From Vicugna vicugna (taxonomy: Eukaryota), in assembly GCA_013265495.1 (NCBI GenBank), contig MU058824.1:2259111-2323110 (forward strand): a DNA stretch of 64,000 nucleotides, written 5' to 3'. The notes below the pieces were generated by a model that worked only from the letters and a program-made list of their open reading frames with translations, had not been told where the DNA came from and did not search any database. Shown piece by piece: positions 26,638 through 40,505 of the stretch. Made by a program: the position numbers and the translations under genes. How positions within the stretch are numbered: the first letter of the stretch is position 1; each line of letters opens with the position of its first letter.

Positions 26638-28549
26638 AAAAGCACAGCACAAATGTAAAAGAATTGGGGCAGCCTCTTGGGGTTTGTTGTAATAGAATTT
26701 AACCTATATTTAGGTTCAAAAAACATTGTGAGCTTGTTCAAAGTCATAAATTGGAATTAATGGAGGACTGTATTAGTATTAAACATATGTAATAGAAATG
26801 TATGTATAACAGCACTATGCAAAGTTAAGTTCCATGCAACTGTTATTTGGCAAGAAGTCTTAGATGTCACCTGAGGAAGAGGTTCAGTGGTTGGAGACGC
26901 TAGGTAAACTCCGCAGTAAAGTATTTAATAGACCTCATTCTTACACGACTTGGAGCCTCAAATATACTGATTTTCATTGTGAATCTGCAAGAAGGGTGTG
27001 CAGTGTGTAGCATTTGCTCAAAGCATTTGACTGGAAAATCTTTTTTCCCCCTCACAAAGGACACTTCACATTGAAATATGCAATGTCACAGGCATGTAGA
27101 CTTTATCTTTTCAACTTTTATCTTTGAGCCCACGAAGCAGAGTTCATCTTTCTCTATTGTCACAAAAGGGGTGTCTTATGAATTTGGAGCACAGGCACAG
27201 ATCACAGTAAACCATTTAATGAATCATGTCACATAGAACCAAAGCCCAGTTCCCACCATCAGGTCGAGTGTCCATCATTCCCTTGCAGAAGCTGGGCTCT
27301 GATGAGACACCAGGGGACCAGAAGGGACTTGTGAGCTTCATCACACGTTCCATGCTTTCGCCTCCTTTACAAATTGGCTTAGGAATGACAAGCGATTCTG
27401 AGACTCACCCCACCCATCCCCCAACACACATATGCACGCCCTTTGCTGGCATGCGAAGCGTGCTTAGAAAGGGGAAGAAAAACCCAAACCACAAAACCCC
27501 ACATTCCATTTGAGGGCTGTATGTGTACACACCCTGGACCTTTGACCCTCTTTCCCTGCTGAACAGGGGTTTTCGAGGCTTCGAGTCAGGAGTCCTGGAC
27601 TGCTAAGATGCTACCCTACCAGGTTCCAGCCTTATGCTTTCAGGGTTTCTTTTCTTGGGGGCTGTTTCTTCATCTGTAAAATGGGATAATGAGCCCTGGT
27701 CCTGGCTAACTTCCCAGGATTGTAGTAAGGATGAAACAGAATTTAAATGGTATGACAAGCTGGAAACATGAGGCTTTGTTATACCATTACAAGCAGACCC
27801 AATACACTTTCCTTTTTTGAAGTGGTCAAGAGAGTGAGAAAAAACAGGGGACAGGCTGGAAAACCTCATGAAAGTTTCCAAAGATTCCCAAACTTCTCTC
27901 AGCCTCCCCTAGTCTCTTCACTACTTATCCAGCCAATCTTTGTCTTCTTACCAAACACAGGGCTTCCATTCACTCTAGAGACAATGAAAACAGGAGAAGA
28001 CAGGACAAGCGAAGAAAAGTGTGTCTAGAATACCATCCATAGCGTCTTTATTCCAATTCTGATAAAATGTTTATACCACCAAGAAATGCGTTCAGATGAG
28101 CACTTTCTTTAAAAATTGTATTCCAAAAAGGAAGAAAGGAATTTGTTTTGAAGTATCTGAAACAGCCATAAAAGAAGAAACAAGAAAAGATTCCAATAAC
28201 AATTCACCACACCTCTGAATCTGGGAAAGGTTGCTGTTAATTATAAGGCAGAACTGGATTAAGTAAGTCTATCAAAATGGCAGAAGAACAGGAAGACTGG
28301 GCATTGCATACTGTAGTTCCAAGTGGTTGTTTCAAGTTTTAAATTACAAAAAGGAGAAACAAAGAAATACTAAAAGAATATATATAAATATATATATATT
28401 TGTGTGTATTTACATATATAAGTGTTTCTATAATTTTGGAATGGTGAAAGTCTTCCTAAGAATGACTCGAAGACAGAAACAACAAAGAAAAACATTGATT
28501 TATTTTTCTATGTAAAATTAAAAATTTTTATTTGTTAAAAAGCCATAAA

Positions 28550-28970
28550 CATCTCATACATTGCTACATGGGCTTTTTAAATGATGCAGCCACTTTGGAA
28601 GACAGTCTGGCAATTCCTCAAAATGTTAAACATAGAGTTACCATATGACCCAGAAATTCTACTCCTAGGTATATACACAGGAAAAATGAAAACATACGTC
28701 CGTACAAAAATTTGTTACATGAAGGCTCATAGAAGCATTATTCATAATAGCTAAAAAGTGGAAACAACCCACATGACTATTAACTGATAAATGGATAAAA
28801 AAAGAATCCGAGATACCTGTGCAATGGAGTTTTCTTCTACCATAAATAGGAATGAACTACTGACACCTGCTACAACATGGATAAGCCCTGAAAACATGCT
28901 GATGTATACTAAAAGCCACCAAATTGTATGCTTTAAGAGAATTTATTGTATATGAACTTTTTTCTCAGTA
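28550..28970 (+). mobile_element. L1MB/MC-type 3' fragment
   Basis: cagccactttggaagacagtctggcaattcctcaaaatgttaaacatagagttaccatatgacccag. Confidence 0.75.
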
Positions 28971-29429
28971 TAGCTGTTATTTAAACAACAAACAATGGCA
29001 TAAATAGCTATTATTTAAACAACAAATAATGATAAATCCCAACATTGTAACATTCACAGAGATGGTTAGTATCTGTAATACACAAGGATGGCGTATATAA
29101 AAACTTGAAAATAAAGAGATCATTGAAAAATTGGCAAAAGCTAAGGTAGATTTTCAAAGGAAAAGCAGTACAAAAGGCCAATAAACATTTTTATGTTTAT
29201 GCTCATTTTGAAATTTTGATTATCAGACCTGCTGCTAGATGTTATCATTTCGCATGTTAATAATAAAGCTCATATTTTACTATGAGTCACCAAGCTTTAT
29301 CAGAACACCAATGTGTCTATGACCCCAAAATTGTTAGGAATCCCTGAACTATAGGAAATGGGTAAAATATGGTATGGCATGTCCGTAAAATGTATGGTAT
29401 GTCTGTACAAGGAAATGCTGTGTGGCCAC

Positions 29430-30110
29430 TGAAATTGATTTTGTAGTTGAGGATGTAGAAAATTGGAACTCTCATATACTGCAGGAGAGGGTGGAAATTG
29501 GCGCAGCCATTTTGAAGACTTTTTTTTCTGCTAATGCTGAATATATGCATACCTCTGACCTAGCAATTGCAGCCCTAAGCATATATGCAACAGAAATGTA
29601 TACATATGTTCACCAAAAGACATCTACAGAATGTTCATAGCAGCTGTCACAGCCAAAACTTAAAAACAGCCCACATGTCCATCAACAGCAGAATGGATAA
29701 AGAAATTGTGATATATTTATACAAAGGAATACTATATGGCAGTAAGTGTGAATGAACTATTGTATATGCAATGACATGAATTAGTCTCATTCATACACTG
29801 TTGAGTGAAAGAATATAGACATAAGAATAAATACTGCATAATTCCACTATCAGTATATAAATACTATAAAGTTCAAAACCAGGCAAAAGTCATTAAAAAC
29901 TATAAGTCAGGATAGTGGCTTCTTTTGCAGGAGAGGAGATAAGAACTAAGAGAGGGTCCTAAAGGTCTTTTGGAATGCCGGTCTTGATCTGTTATTTTAC
30001 ATTGATACTGGATATAAAAGTAGGTTCAATTTGTGAAAACACTTTAAATTTCATGTTTACAATATTTGCATGTTTCAGTTTTATATTCTATCAAAAGTCT
30101 GCTTTAAAAT
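29430..30110 (+). mobile_element. Old L1 (L1MC/ME) 3' fragment
   Basis: ggaactctcatatactgc...caccaaaagacatctacagaatgttcatagcagc...aagttcaaaaccaggcaaaa. Confidence 0.7.
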
Positions 30111-30639
30111 GGCATTGCAGAAAATTTTTAATAAAATGAAAAGCTATTCATGTTGTCATATTATATTAAAAATGCAGGTTGATATTGGTGTAAATAGTGT
30201 GTAGAGGATGCTACCATTTTTTTCCTTAAGGATCATCACACATATATGCTTGTAAATGCATAAAGTATCTTCAGGAGAATATACAAGTAAATGATGGGAG
30301 GGATTGCTTCTAGAGAAGGAGACCAGGAAAGAGACAGATTTTTCACTTTATGCCCTTTTGTACCTTTTGAAGTTTTAATTATGTACCTATATTGCCAATT
30401 CAGTGCATACCTAAATTAATGATAATGCAGATTACAAACTTGTGTGATTTCATTTTTGTGAAAATGAAGGTCTGGCATGATGAATATCAAAATGATAACT
30501 GTGTTTACTTCTGGGTAATAGGATTATGGATGAGTTTTCTTTATTTTTAAAAATATCTGTATTCTCTGTCTTCTAATGTGAACATGTACTTCTTTTGAGA
30601 ATGAGAAAAGTCATTAAGTTTGTTTTTGCAATTCAGTTT

Positions 30640-31010
30640 TTATGAAGTTATTGAAATATAATTTGCACACAATAAAACGTACTGATTTTAAATGTACAGT
30701 TCAGAGTTTTGTAAAGGTACACTCATGTCATCACTACTCAATCAAGACATACAGTTTTCATCCCCTAGAAAGTTCCTTCCTGTCCCTCTGCAGTCAACCT
30801 TTCCCTCTCCTAAAGAAGCAGCCATTGATCTAATTTATAGCATTTTAGCTTAGTTTTTGTTGGCTCTCAAAGGTCATAGAAATGGGATTAATACAGTATG
30901 TAATCTTTTGTGTCTGGCTTCTTTCACTCAACATAATGATTTGAGATTGATTTATATTTTGTGTGTATCAATAAATTCATTATAGTTTTTTTTTAATGAA
31001 GAGTAATGTC
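30640..31010 (-). mobile_element. L1 3' fragment
   Basis: ttattgaaatataatttgcacacaataaaa...tacagtatgtaatcttttgtgtctggcttctttcactcaacataat. Confidence 0.7.
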
Positions 31011-31798
31011 CTAAGCACTTACTGTTTTCCGATCTATACAGTGAGACCCCATCCACGCAGAAAATAATCCACAGCCTCTCCAGGCACGTCTGCTGCTGGC
31101 CGAGTGATCTTACAGCCTCCATATCCTGGGATGAGAGACAGCAGCACCCCCTGCACCCCGCCCCCAGGCAGCGCCCGTCTCAGGTGAGAGCCACCCTGCT
31201 TGTTGCCATTGTTCTGTGAGTGACAGCCTCCGGGGCAAATGGAAAGCCGTCAACCTGAAGGCTGTCAACAGCAGACAAGAATTCCTTTCTTTGTCAGGCT
31301 GGGTGGTCTCTGTGGCTTCGGCATCAACCTGCACAAAAGATGATAAGCATCGTGTGTGCTTGCAGAAAAACATCGCCACCACCCAACGACTCTAACCACA
31401 CTCCTTTGTAAGGCCAGGATTAGCCTGTACGAGGCTTCCCATGACTGTGTACAGATCATCAAATCCCAGCCCCAGGAGGGCATCCAGAGGTCGTTTAGTC
31501 CATTCCCCCCATCTCGACCCTGACCACCTACATGCTTCATAAAATATATTTGTCCCAGAATCTTAGTCATAGACGTCTAGAAGGTACCTTAGAGATCACC
31601 TGGTCCAACCCTCCTGGGCTTCAGAAAGGGGTCCAGACTTTCCCAAAGTCACACAGAGTAAGGACAAGTACTCACGTCCTAGGAGCCTTCCTCTCTGGGG
31701 TGCTCTTTGCATGACTCCAAGCTGCTGCTGTTAATATGTGAACGCCCCACTCAATAGTACAATGTAAAGTATACCTTCTAACTTCCCAGTGAAAAAGG

Positions 31799-31801
31799 GG
31801 T

Positions 31802-31833
<32 letters not shown>
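31799..31833. repeat. (GT)n microsatellite
   Basis: gtgtgtgagtgtgtgtgtgtgtgtgtgtgtgtgt. Confidence 0.95.
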
Positions 31834-33059
31834 AAATCAATGTGTAGTTTTGATGGATCTCCTGCAGCCCTTGCCTGCATAAAGGCTTTCTTGCACTTGT
31901 GGCCAGGACACCAGGCCCAGTTCATTTATGGAGTGGTTTGGTGCCCTCTACCGGTTGTCAGTTACAGCACAACAGCTACCCCTTCCTGGGCGCCTACTTG
32001 TGCAGGACATTCAGCCTATATCATTATTTCTAATTTCAAATCCCAAGAAAAGGCCTGTAGACTATGCAGTTTTATCCCTGTTTATAGATGAGGAAATCAA
32101 CCCAAAGTGATCGAGCCTGGATTCACACCCAGCCTTGTGAGACCCCACATTCCTTCCATGCCTCCATGTCAATACCACTTGTCACAATACTGATGCTGTG
32201 TAGCACTTTCCCTTTTAAATGACTTATATATATCTCACAAATCTGCCAGGAAGTGGGTGTTAACACCCCTGTTTACACAACGGGAGGCTGGGCTGGGACA
32301 TCAGTGACTTGCCCAGGGTCCAGGTCCAGCAGACCCTGGGCTCCTGCTTGCTGCCAGGCTGCAGCCCAGGAGAACTGCACACAAGGTCCACAAGGGAACT
32401 TCTTCCCGGGGTGGTCTTCATCCAGGAGAGGGATTAGGAGACCATGTTCCTACCCAGGGGACCGCCCTCTATTCCAGGCCCCGAGGAACTCAGAGATAAA
32501 GAAAACACAGTTTCAACTTATGGGGAACTTGCATCACCATCCACTGATGCTGTGCAACTGAGCCCCTGGTGTGTAAATGAGTTCATGAATGACTACATGA
32601 ATGAATGAATGGAAGGGCCGAGAGATGAGGGATAGGACTAATGGCAGAGGCTGTGTAGGTTGGGGGAGGTTGGGCTGCCATCCTATGAAGATTTCAGTTT
32701 AATTTGAAGAGTCCATTCCCATCAGTAACGGTAGTCTGCAGACAGATATTGCTGATTCTGTGGGCTTGGGCTCCCAGGATATGCAAGGAGAATTAAGAGG
32801 ACCACAGCAGAGATGTAGAGGGGTTTTAAGCCTGCATGATGTTTTCTAAACATCAGCATCAAGATTTAGAAATTGGAAGATTTCACATTAAAGTCCTAAT
32901 TTTTAGCTCCTCTCTAACAAATTGGAAGGTCTGGCCTCACTGAGCCTGCGGTAGTCCTGTCACAGCTGTCCCCTCAGTTCCCTGTTTTCACCCCAGGAGT
33001 GAGGATGACCAGTGGTGCCATTTCTCATTGCACAAGTGCTTTTTAAAAACATTTTTTGG

Positions 33060-34465
33060 TATATATATATTTTTATTGAAGTATAGTCAGTTTACAATGT
33101 TGTGTCAATTTCTAGTGTACAGCACAATTTTTCAGTCATACATGAACATACATATATTCATTTTCATATTCTTTTTCACCATAAATTACTACAAGATATT
33201 GATTGAATACAGTGTGCTTTACAGTATAAACTTGTTTATCTATTTTATATATGTTAGTTAGTATCTGCAAATCTTGGACTCCCAATTTATGCCTTCCCAC
33301 CCTCTTCCCCCTGGTAACCATTAGTTTGCTTTCTATGTGAGTCTGTTTCTGTTTTATAAATTTGTCTTTTTTTTAGATTCCACTTATGAGTGATATTATA
33401 TGGTATTTTTCTTTCTCTTTTTGGCTTCCTTCACTTAGAATGACATTCTCCAGGTCCATCCATGTTGCTGCAAATGGCATTATTTTACTATTTTTTATGG
33501 CTGAGTAGTATTCCATTGTATAAATATACCACATCTTCTTTATCCAGTCATCTGTTCATGGACATTTAGGTTGTTTCCATGTCTTGGCTATTGTAAATAG
33601 TGCTGCTATAAACATAGGGGTGCAGGTGTCTTTTTGAATTAGAGTTCCCTCTGGATATATGCCCAGGAGTGGGATTGCTGGTTGATAGGATAAGTCTGTT
33701 TTTAGTCTTTTGAGGAATCTCCATACTGTTTTCTATAATGGCTGCACCAAACTACATTCCTACCAAAATTGTACGAGGGTTCCCTTTTCTGCACATCCTC
33801 TCCAGCATTTATTGTTTGTGGACTTTTGAATGATGGCCATTCTGACTGGTGTGAGGTGATACCTCATTGTAGTTTTGATTTTCATTTCTCTGATAATTAG
33901 CGATATTGAGCATTTTTTCATGTGCCTATTGGCCATTTGTATGTCTTCACTGGAGAATTGCTTGTTTAGGTCTTCTGCCCGTTTTTGGATTAGGTTGTTT
34001 GTTTTTATCTCATTAAGTTGTATGAGCTGTTTGTATATCCTGGAAATTAAGCCCTCATCAGTCTCACCTTTTGCAAATATTTTCTCCAATTCCGTAGGTT
34101 GTCTTTTTGTTTTGCTTATGGTTTCCTTTGCTGTGCAAAAGCTTAGAAGTTTGATTAAGTCCCATTTGTTTATTTTTGCTTTTATTTCTATTGCCTGGGT
34201 AGACTGCCCTAGGAGAACATTGCTAATACGTATGTCAGACAATGTTTAGCTTATGTTTTCTTCTAAGAGGTTTATAGTGCCTTGTCTTATGTTTAAGTCT
34301 TTAAGCCATTTCGAGTTTATTTTCATTTATGGTGTGAGAGAGTATTCTAACTTCATTGATTTACATGCAGCTGTCTAGTGTTCCCAACCCCATTTGCTGA
34401 AGAGACTGTCTTTACTCCATTGTATGTTCTTGCCTCCTTTGTCAAAGATTAATTGACCAAAATTG
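33060..34465 (-). mobile_element. Relatively young 5'-truncated L1 (3' UTR plus ORF2 C-terminal fragment)
   Basis: ORF 33760-34242(-) encodes typical ORF2p C-terminal sequence ([18 protein letters not shown]...[28 protein letters not shown]...CWRGC) and ends in a premature stop. The L1 3' UTR follows. Possible TSD aaaaacatttttt at 33045-33057 and 34490-34502. Confidence 0.95.
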
Positions 34466-35614
34466 TGTGTTTTTTCTTATTGTAAAAACAAAAACATTTT
34501 TTAGGTCTTTCCAGAAAAAAGGAAAAATAAAAGACCAAATCATCTATACATTTAAAAGGCAAGTACTCAACTGGCTTCAGTGGTTTTCATTACCAGCTTG
34601 GACACCATGACAACTTGAATTTGCTACCCTATAGAGTCTTTGGTGCATTCTTGTCCCTGTTGTGTGGCCCTCAGGTCAGATCTCACCCTGTTGCCACTTG
34701 GGTCTTCAGCTCCTGAGAGATGAGGGGCCACTGGAGCAGGCAATGCATGTAGTCCTGGGTCTGGCAGGGAGACGAGAAGAAACGAGATGAGACGAGAAGA
34801 AATCCTGCCCACTGAGGTTGCTGTGAATTTCCAGTTAAGTGAGATGATTAAGGCCTGGCAGACCACATCGATGCCTGTGCCCCGGGAAGCCCTTTGGAGA
34901 TGCAGCACCTTGTTTGTGACTTTCTGAACTGACCTCCCTCCCAGCACTTTGTTCCTAGCCCTTCCCTCCCTATCTTGACCACAGGGATGGTGCTCTGATT
35001 CCTCGAGTGTTGTCCAGAAGTGAGCACAAGCTTCAGATATGGCCTGAGCAATTGAAAACAGCAGGATAAACATCTCCCTCAGTTCAGACACCCTGCTTTT
35101 GTTCTTGGCACCTCAGATCACATCATCTCTTTTTATCAGTCACATCGCATGTTGGTTCCCACTGAGTCTGTGAGACACTGAGACCTTCAGATTGTTTTTC
35201 CATCACCCTTCTCAAGAGAGTTCTACCCCTACCTTAACTGAAAATCATAGACATTGAAGGTTGAATATGGTCCTGAAGGTTATCTAATGCCATCTCTCAT
35301 GTACGTAGAAAAAGACTACTTCATCTAGCACCCTGACAAAATTTTTGAACTGAAATGAGGAAGTTCACATTAACACACTTATTATGTTTTACCCATAGCG
35401 CCACTCCTCCGAGAACAGATCTTGATTTTGTAAAACAAACAAAAAGCCTAAAACTCATTAATCATCCTTTCCAGATTAATGTCATGCATAAGTTAGTACA
35501 ATTTCTATATTTTCATGTGGGTTAGTATCACATATTAGATATTCTGCTTACCAGGGTAATTCATTATCATTGTAGAAAACTTAGAAAAAGTATAAGGAAA
35601 ACAATGAAAAACTC

Positions 35615-36760
35615 TGGGATATCTAGAATATATAAAGAACAGCTCATTAATAAAAAGGCAGATTATCCAATTTTAAAATGGGCAAAGGATTTGAGTAGAC
35701 ATTTATCCAAAGAAGATATATAGAATACACACTACTATATATAAAATAAGTAAACAACAAGGATCTGCTGTGTAGCACAGGGAACTATATTCAATATCTT
35801 GTAATAACCTATAATGGAAAGGAATCTGAAAAAGTTATATATATATACATACATATGTATACATATTTATATAAAACTGAATAACTTTCCTTTACACCTA
35901 AAACTAACACAACATTGTAAATTAACTATACTTCAATTTTTTAAAAAAGAAGATATACAAATGGCCAATATGCACAAGAAAAGATGCTCAACATCATTAA
36001 TCTTTAAGGAAATGCAAATTAAAACCACAATGAGATACCACTTTACATCCAGTAGGATACTGTAATAAAAAAGAAGATAACAAGTCCTGGCGAAGTTGTG
36101 GAGAAATCGGAACCCTCCTATATTGCTGGTGAGAATATGGAATAATGCAGTCACTTCAGGAAAACAGTCTGGCGGTTCCTCAGACTGTTAAACACACAGT
36201 TACCATGTGACTCAATGGTTCCACTCCCAGGTATCTACTCAAGAGAAATGGTAACACGTAGCCACACAAAAACTTGCATATGGACAGTCACAGTATCATT
36301 ATTCCTAATAGCTGAGAAGTGGAAACAATTCAAAGTCTATCAGCTGATGAATGGGTACATAAAATGTAGTAAATTGTACAACGGAATTTAAATTTGGCAA
36401 CTTAAAAAATGAAATATTGACACATGCTGCAACTTAGATGAACCTTGAAAACATTACGTTAAGTGAAAGAAGCCAGACACAAAAGGCCACATATCATGTT
36501 ATTCCATTCATAGGAAATGTCCAGAACAGTCAAATTCATGAAGACAGAAAGCAGATTAGTGGTTGCCTAGGGCTGAGAGGGTTTGAGGGAACATGAGGAG
36601 TGACTGCTAGTGGGTATGGGGTTTGTTCCTGGGGTGATGAGAATGTTCTAAAATATATGGTGGTGATAGTTGCCTAACTCTGTGAATATACTGAAAATGA
36701 TTCAACTGCACGCTTTAAATGGGTAAATTGTGTGATGTGTGAATTAAATCTTAGTAAAGG
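35615..36760 (+). mobile_element. L1MB-type element with a nested younger L1 3' end at about 35720-35945
   Basis: Host L1 breaks at aaagaagatata and resumes at aaagaagatatacaaatggccaata, duplicating the target. The insert has agcacagggaactatattcaatatcttgtaataacctataatggaaa. Confidence 0.85.
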
Positions 36761-38129
36761 GTAAGACACGGCCTTTTGTGAGTGCTTTGTGTTCTCCCTG
36801 ACTCATGGTGGATACAGTATCCCCCAGCAGCATTGGCTGGAGAAGTGTCCACCCTGGGCCAGCTCCTCTGATGGTCCCTGGATGCAGAGGGATTCTGCCT
36901 CAAGAAGGCAAAGCATCTTGTATCACCCAAGGGAAATAAGGCAGTGGCAGGATTATTATATAAGATAGAAGGTTGGAAGATTGGGGTGCTTGGGAGTTGG
37001 GGATGGAGGGTAACTGAGAGGCCTCAGAGGAGGGAAGAGCTTACTTCCAGCTGAAACATTGGGGAAAGGCTTCAAGGAGAGGGGAATAGTATTCTTTCAG
37101 ACAAGATTGTGACAGGTGGTTATGATGTGACCAGGAAGAATCCAGGTTAGACTTTAAGTTCCTTGAGAGGAGGACCATTAATTCATTGCTATATTCCTGG
37201 TCCTTAACACAGGACCTGGGTTGGAGCAGGAGTGTCATAAAGAAGTTGCTGATTAAAGTCAACATACAAATGAAGGAATGAGTGAGTATATGAACAAAAT
37301 AATTGCAGGGGGAGAAATAGCCCAGAAGCAGAGGGACACAGGACTGACCTAGAGGATAGACTGGTTTGGCTAAAGCATAAAGTTCAGTGAGAATTCATGG
37401 AAGGTAAGCCCCCTTAAAGGCAGCTAGAACTGGGTGATGTGGACTTCGAATTAACTACAGACTTGGAGTCAAATGACATTTGAGCAAATGGTCAAAGCTG
37501 TACTTTAGAAAGATGAAGCTGTAAGGCCAAGGGAAAGATGGGTCAGAAGGGGTCAGCCTCGAGGCTGAGAGACCAGTTTAGAGGCTGCTCAGGCAAAAGA
37601 TATGGAAGCTCAATTAGGCCAGTAGTAGTGGGACCAGAGAATAGATGGGGGCCAGGGACACTCATCCAGTTTCCAAGCATTATAAAAACTATAAAAACAA
37701 GTGCATCTGGTAATAAATAGTTTGCCTATTCACCAGAACTACAACTATTAGAGGAAGCACTTGCCAGTAAAATTTAAGTGGTTTGTGGTTTCAAGTTGCA
37801 ACCACACTTTTTATAAAGGTAATTGAAAGGAAAACCCCAATTGGGCATAATAAGAAAACAGGAAACCACATGACTACAACCCTGTTAGGTGGATTGGAGT
37901 TTATCAATATATTGGATGAACCCCAGACCACATTTCATCCCACCCCAAATTGGTAACAATAACCCTTGGGTCAGGCTTCAGACAGAAGACAGCCTGGTCT
38001 GTTTCAGGCTGCCTGATTAGCCACATAGGGTATTCCAAAGACCTGGTTTCTGATCCCAGCTCTGCATTTACTCAGGCAGAACAAGTACTAGTGGAGAAGT
38101 AAGAGAAAGACTTGTTCTAATTTCAAGAC

Positions 38130-38345
38130 TTACGGTTTAGTGGTTGAGAATATTGATCCTGGGGCTGGGCTGTGCATGGTTGAACTCAGCTCTGTCACTT
38201 ACTAGCTTATGACCTTGAACAAGTTACTTAAACACCTCTGTGCCTTAGTTGTCTCATCTATAAACTGGAATTAGTGAAGATACTCATTGAGTAGTTTTGA
38301 AAATTAGATTAATTGATAAATTTTAAGTGCTTAGAAACACCTTCT
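38130..38345 (+). mobile_element. MIR SINE
   Basis: agctctgtcacttactagcttatgaccttgaacaagttacttaa...ctctgtgccttagtt. Confidence 0.75.
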
Positions 38346-38366
38346 ATGGAGGAAGCAACATATAAC

Positions 38367-38403
<37 letters not shown>

Positions 38404-38426
38404 TATTATCATTATCATTATCATTA
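38367..38426. repeat. (ATT)n/(ATC)n microsatellite
   Basis: About 12 consecutive ATT units followed by ATC/ATT variants. Confidence 0.95.
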
Positions 38427-40184
38427 CAAAAATAATGGCCAAAGCTAGACAACAATGGAGTAGGCTATTTTGAAGTAGAGCGCTCTCTGTCACTACCGGT
38501 ATATATGCAGAGCTGAAGTGGTTGTTGGGTTCAGCTTTGGACCCTGAGTTTACGGTGCTGATGAGACATCCAGCTAGGCTTATTCAGTATTATTTTTTCT
38601 GTTTATTTAACAAATACTTAATGAGCAGCTAATCTGTGCCAGGCACTAGGCCAGGCTCTGGTGATATTGGGGTGAACTAGAGGGGCCCAGTTCTTGAGGA
38701 CCTGATAATCTAGTAAGGATGGCATGTAGATGTCATGTCTGGTGTGGAAGGGCCACAACCCCAGCACACATGAGGTTCATAGGCAACCAGAGAAGGGAGT
38801 CAGGGCAGGTTTCCTGGAAGAGGCATAAGAAGCAAGGTCCACTGGGCCACATTCAGGATTTGGGGAATGCAGAGTTGGGAACATCTGCCCTCGCTGGTCA
38901 GTAGGTGACAGGATTTTGGCTTCCAGTGCTGATAATAATTTTTTCTAGGCTCTGTTCTTTGTTGAATCCTTTGGACCTTCCTTCTTGAAAAGAAAATTCT
39001 TGTGAGTCTTTCAGATTTTTTCTAAATCCCTTTGCACACACATTTCATGGATAAAGGTTCCAATATGATATTTTTCCCTCACTCCCTTAATTTTTTGGTT
39101 CAGGGAGGTTGAAATCTAAGTTTCTCCAGAAGGGCGGTCAGTCACAGCCGAAAGAGACGGCATTTCCTGCATTACTAAATCAATACAACTTAAGTCTACA
39201 GGGTTAGGCTACTTTCTGTGCTGCTGTCGTCCCATACAGCTTCCCCTCTTGGTGTGCTCCTTACCGCAGGTGTTCTATTGTGAATTTATGCCAATGATGT
39301 TCAAAGTGACCACATGAAGGGGTAAAGCCCTGGGACCCTCGGGGAAAATAAAAGTAAAAAAGAAAGCCACACACACGACTCTTTGCTAGATAATAAAGAC
39401 AAATACGTTCACGTCCTGTCATCTCAGGCATGAATAACCCCAGTAATGCACGCAGAGAGGAGGCCTGTCAGGAAACACTGCCAAGTTTCTCAGTTCCCTT
39501 CCTGACTTGCATTCTTACCTGCCTGCTCTTTCCCAAGCTCCGTTAGGGCTTTCAGTTCTTTCTGAGCTTTATTAATTACCCCTCTTTCAGCCAGGATCAC
39601 AGTTGGTCTGGGAGATGAGAGAGGTACAAAGCAGGAAGACAGCTGGAGTCACAGGTTCTTCCCAAGACTGTGAATGGGAGAGGCAAGAACACATTTACCG
39701 GTCTGTTCTCCTTGCCTGTTTTCCTTTTGGGCCCCCACCAAGATGACTCATGCTGCTGTCCTCCAGGCAAGCCCTGCAGCCTCTGTCACCATGTGGGATG
39801 TACAGATCGGGGCACGCATGCCTCCTTTCTCTAAAGGAGGAGTCTCGGCTTAGCTTGGTTGAGGCCTCAGCTAACAATTCAGACCCAGTTACACGAAACT
39901 TACTAACAAAGATCAGGAAGCCCAAGGAGAGGGAGTTACCAGTAAAAGGAAACCCAACAAGTTGTCGAGAGTTACAAAACACGAGGGCCTGTACAGCATC
40001 TGAGCTATGGTCCACGTCCTTCAGTACTCAAGCTTGGAATGCTTTGTTGGGGAGGAAGTTCTAGGGGCTAATTATTCTCAAAAGGTTTCCTTCGGGGAGA
40101 ACAATTACCTTGTCTTCCAGAAATATTATGCAGCCTGAGAGATTCTTAGAGCTGTGTATAGTCTAGAGAGGTCATGTAGGGCGC

Positions 40185-40505
40185 TACCTCTCAAGGTTTG
40201 CTGCCCATTAGAATCATGGGGGTGGGGAGGGTGCTTTATGAAACCCTGATGCCCAGATCCCACCCCTGACCAATGACATCAGACTCTCTGGGAATGCAGG
40301 CATCAATGGTTTTTAAAACTCCTCAGGTGCTTCCAATATACAGCCAAGTTTGAGAACCTGGGGGCACATACTATTCAAAGTGTGGTTGGTGGAGCTGCAG
40401 CCCTCCCATGGAGCTCGTTAGAAATGGACAGTCTGGAGTCCCACCGTGGACCTACCAAAGCAGATCACCAGGGGACAAATATGTGCACTAAACTTTGAGA
40501 AGTAG
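40185..40505. mobile_element. Two adjacent MER5-type hAT-Charlie elements
   Basis: ttagaatca...tgatgcccagatcccacccc...aactcctcaggtgcttccaat...tttgagaacc, followed by ctattcaaagtgtggt...gttagaaatg...actttgagaag. Confidence 0.65.

Noticed and set aside
33760..34249. 160-aa and 124-aa ORFs as host genes
   Set aside because: They are an L1 ORF2 remnant and its antisense shadow.
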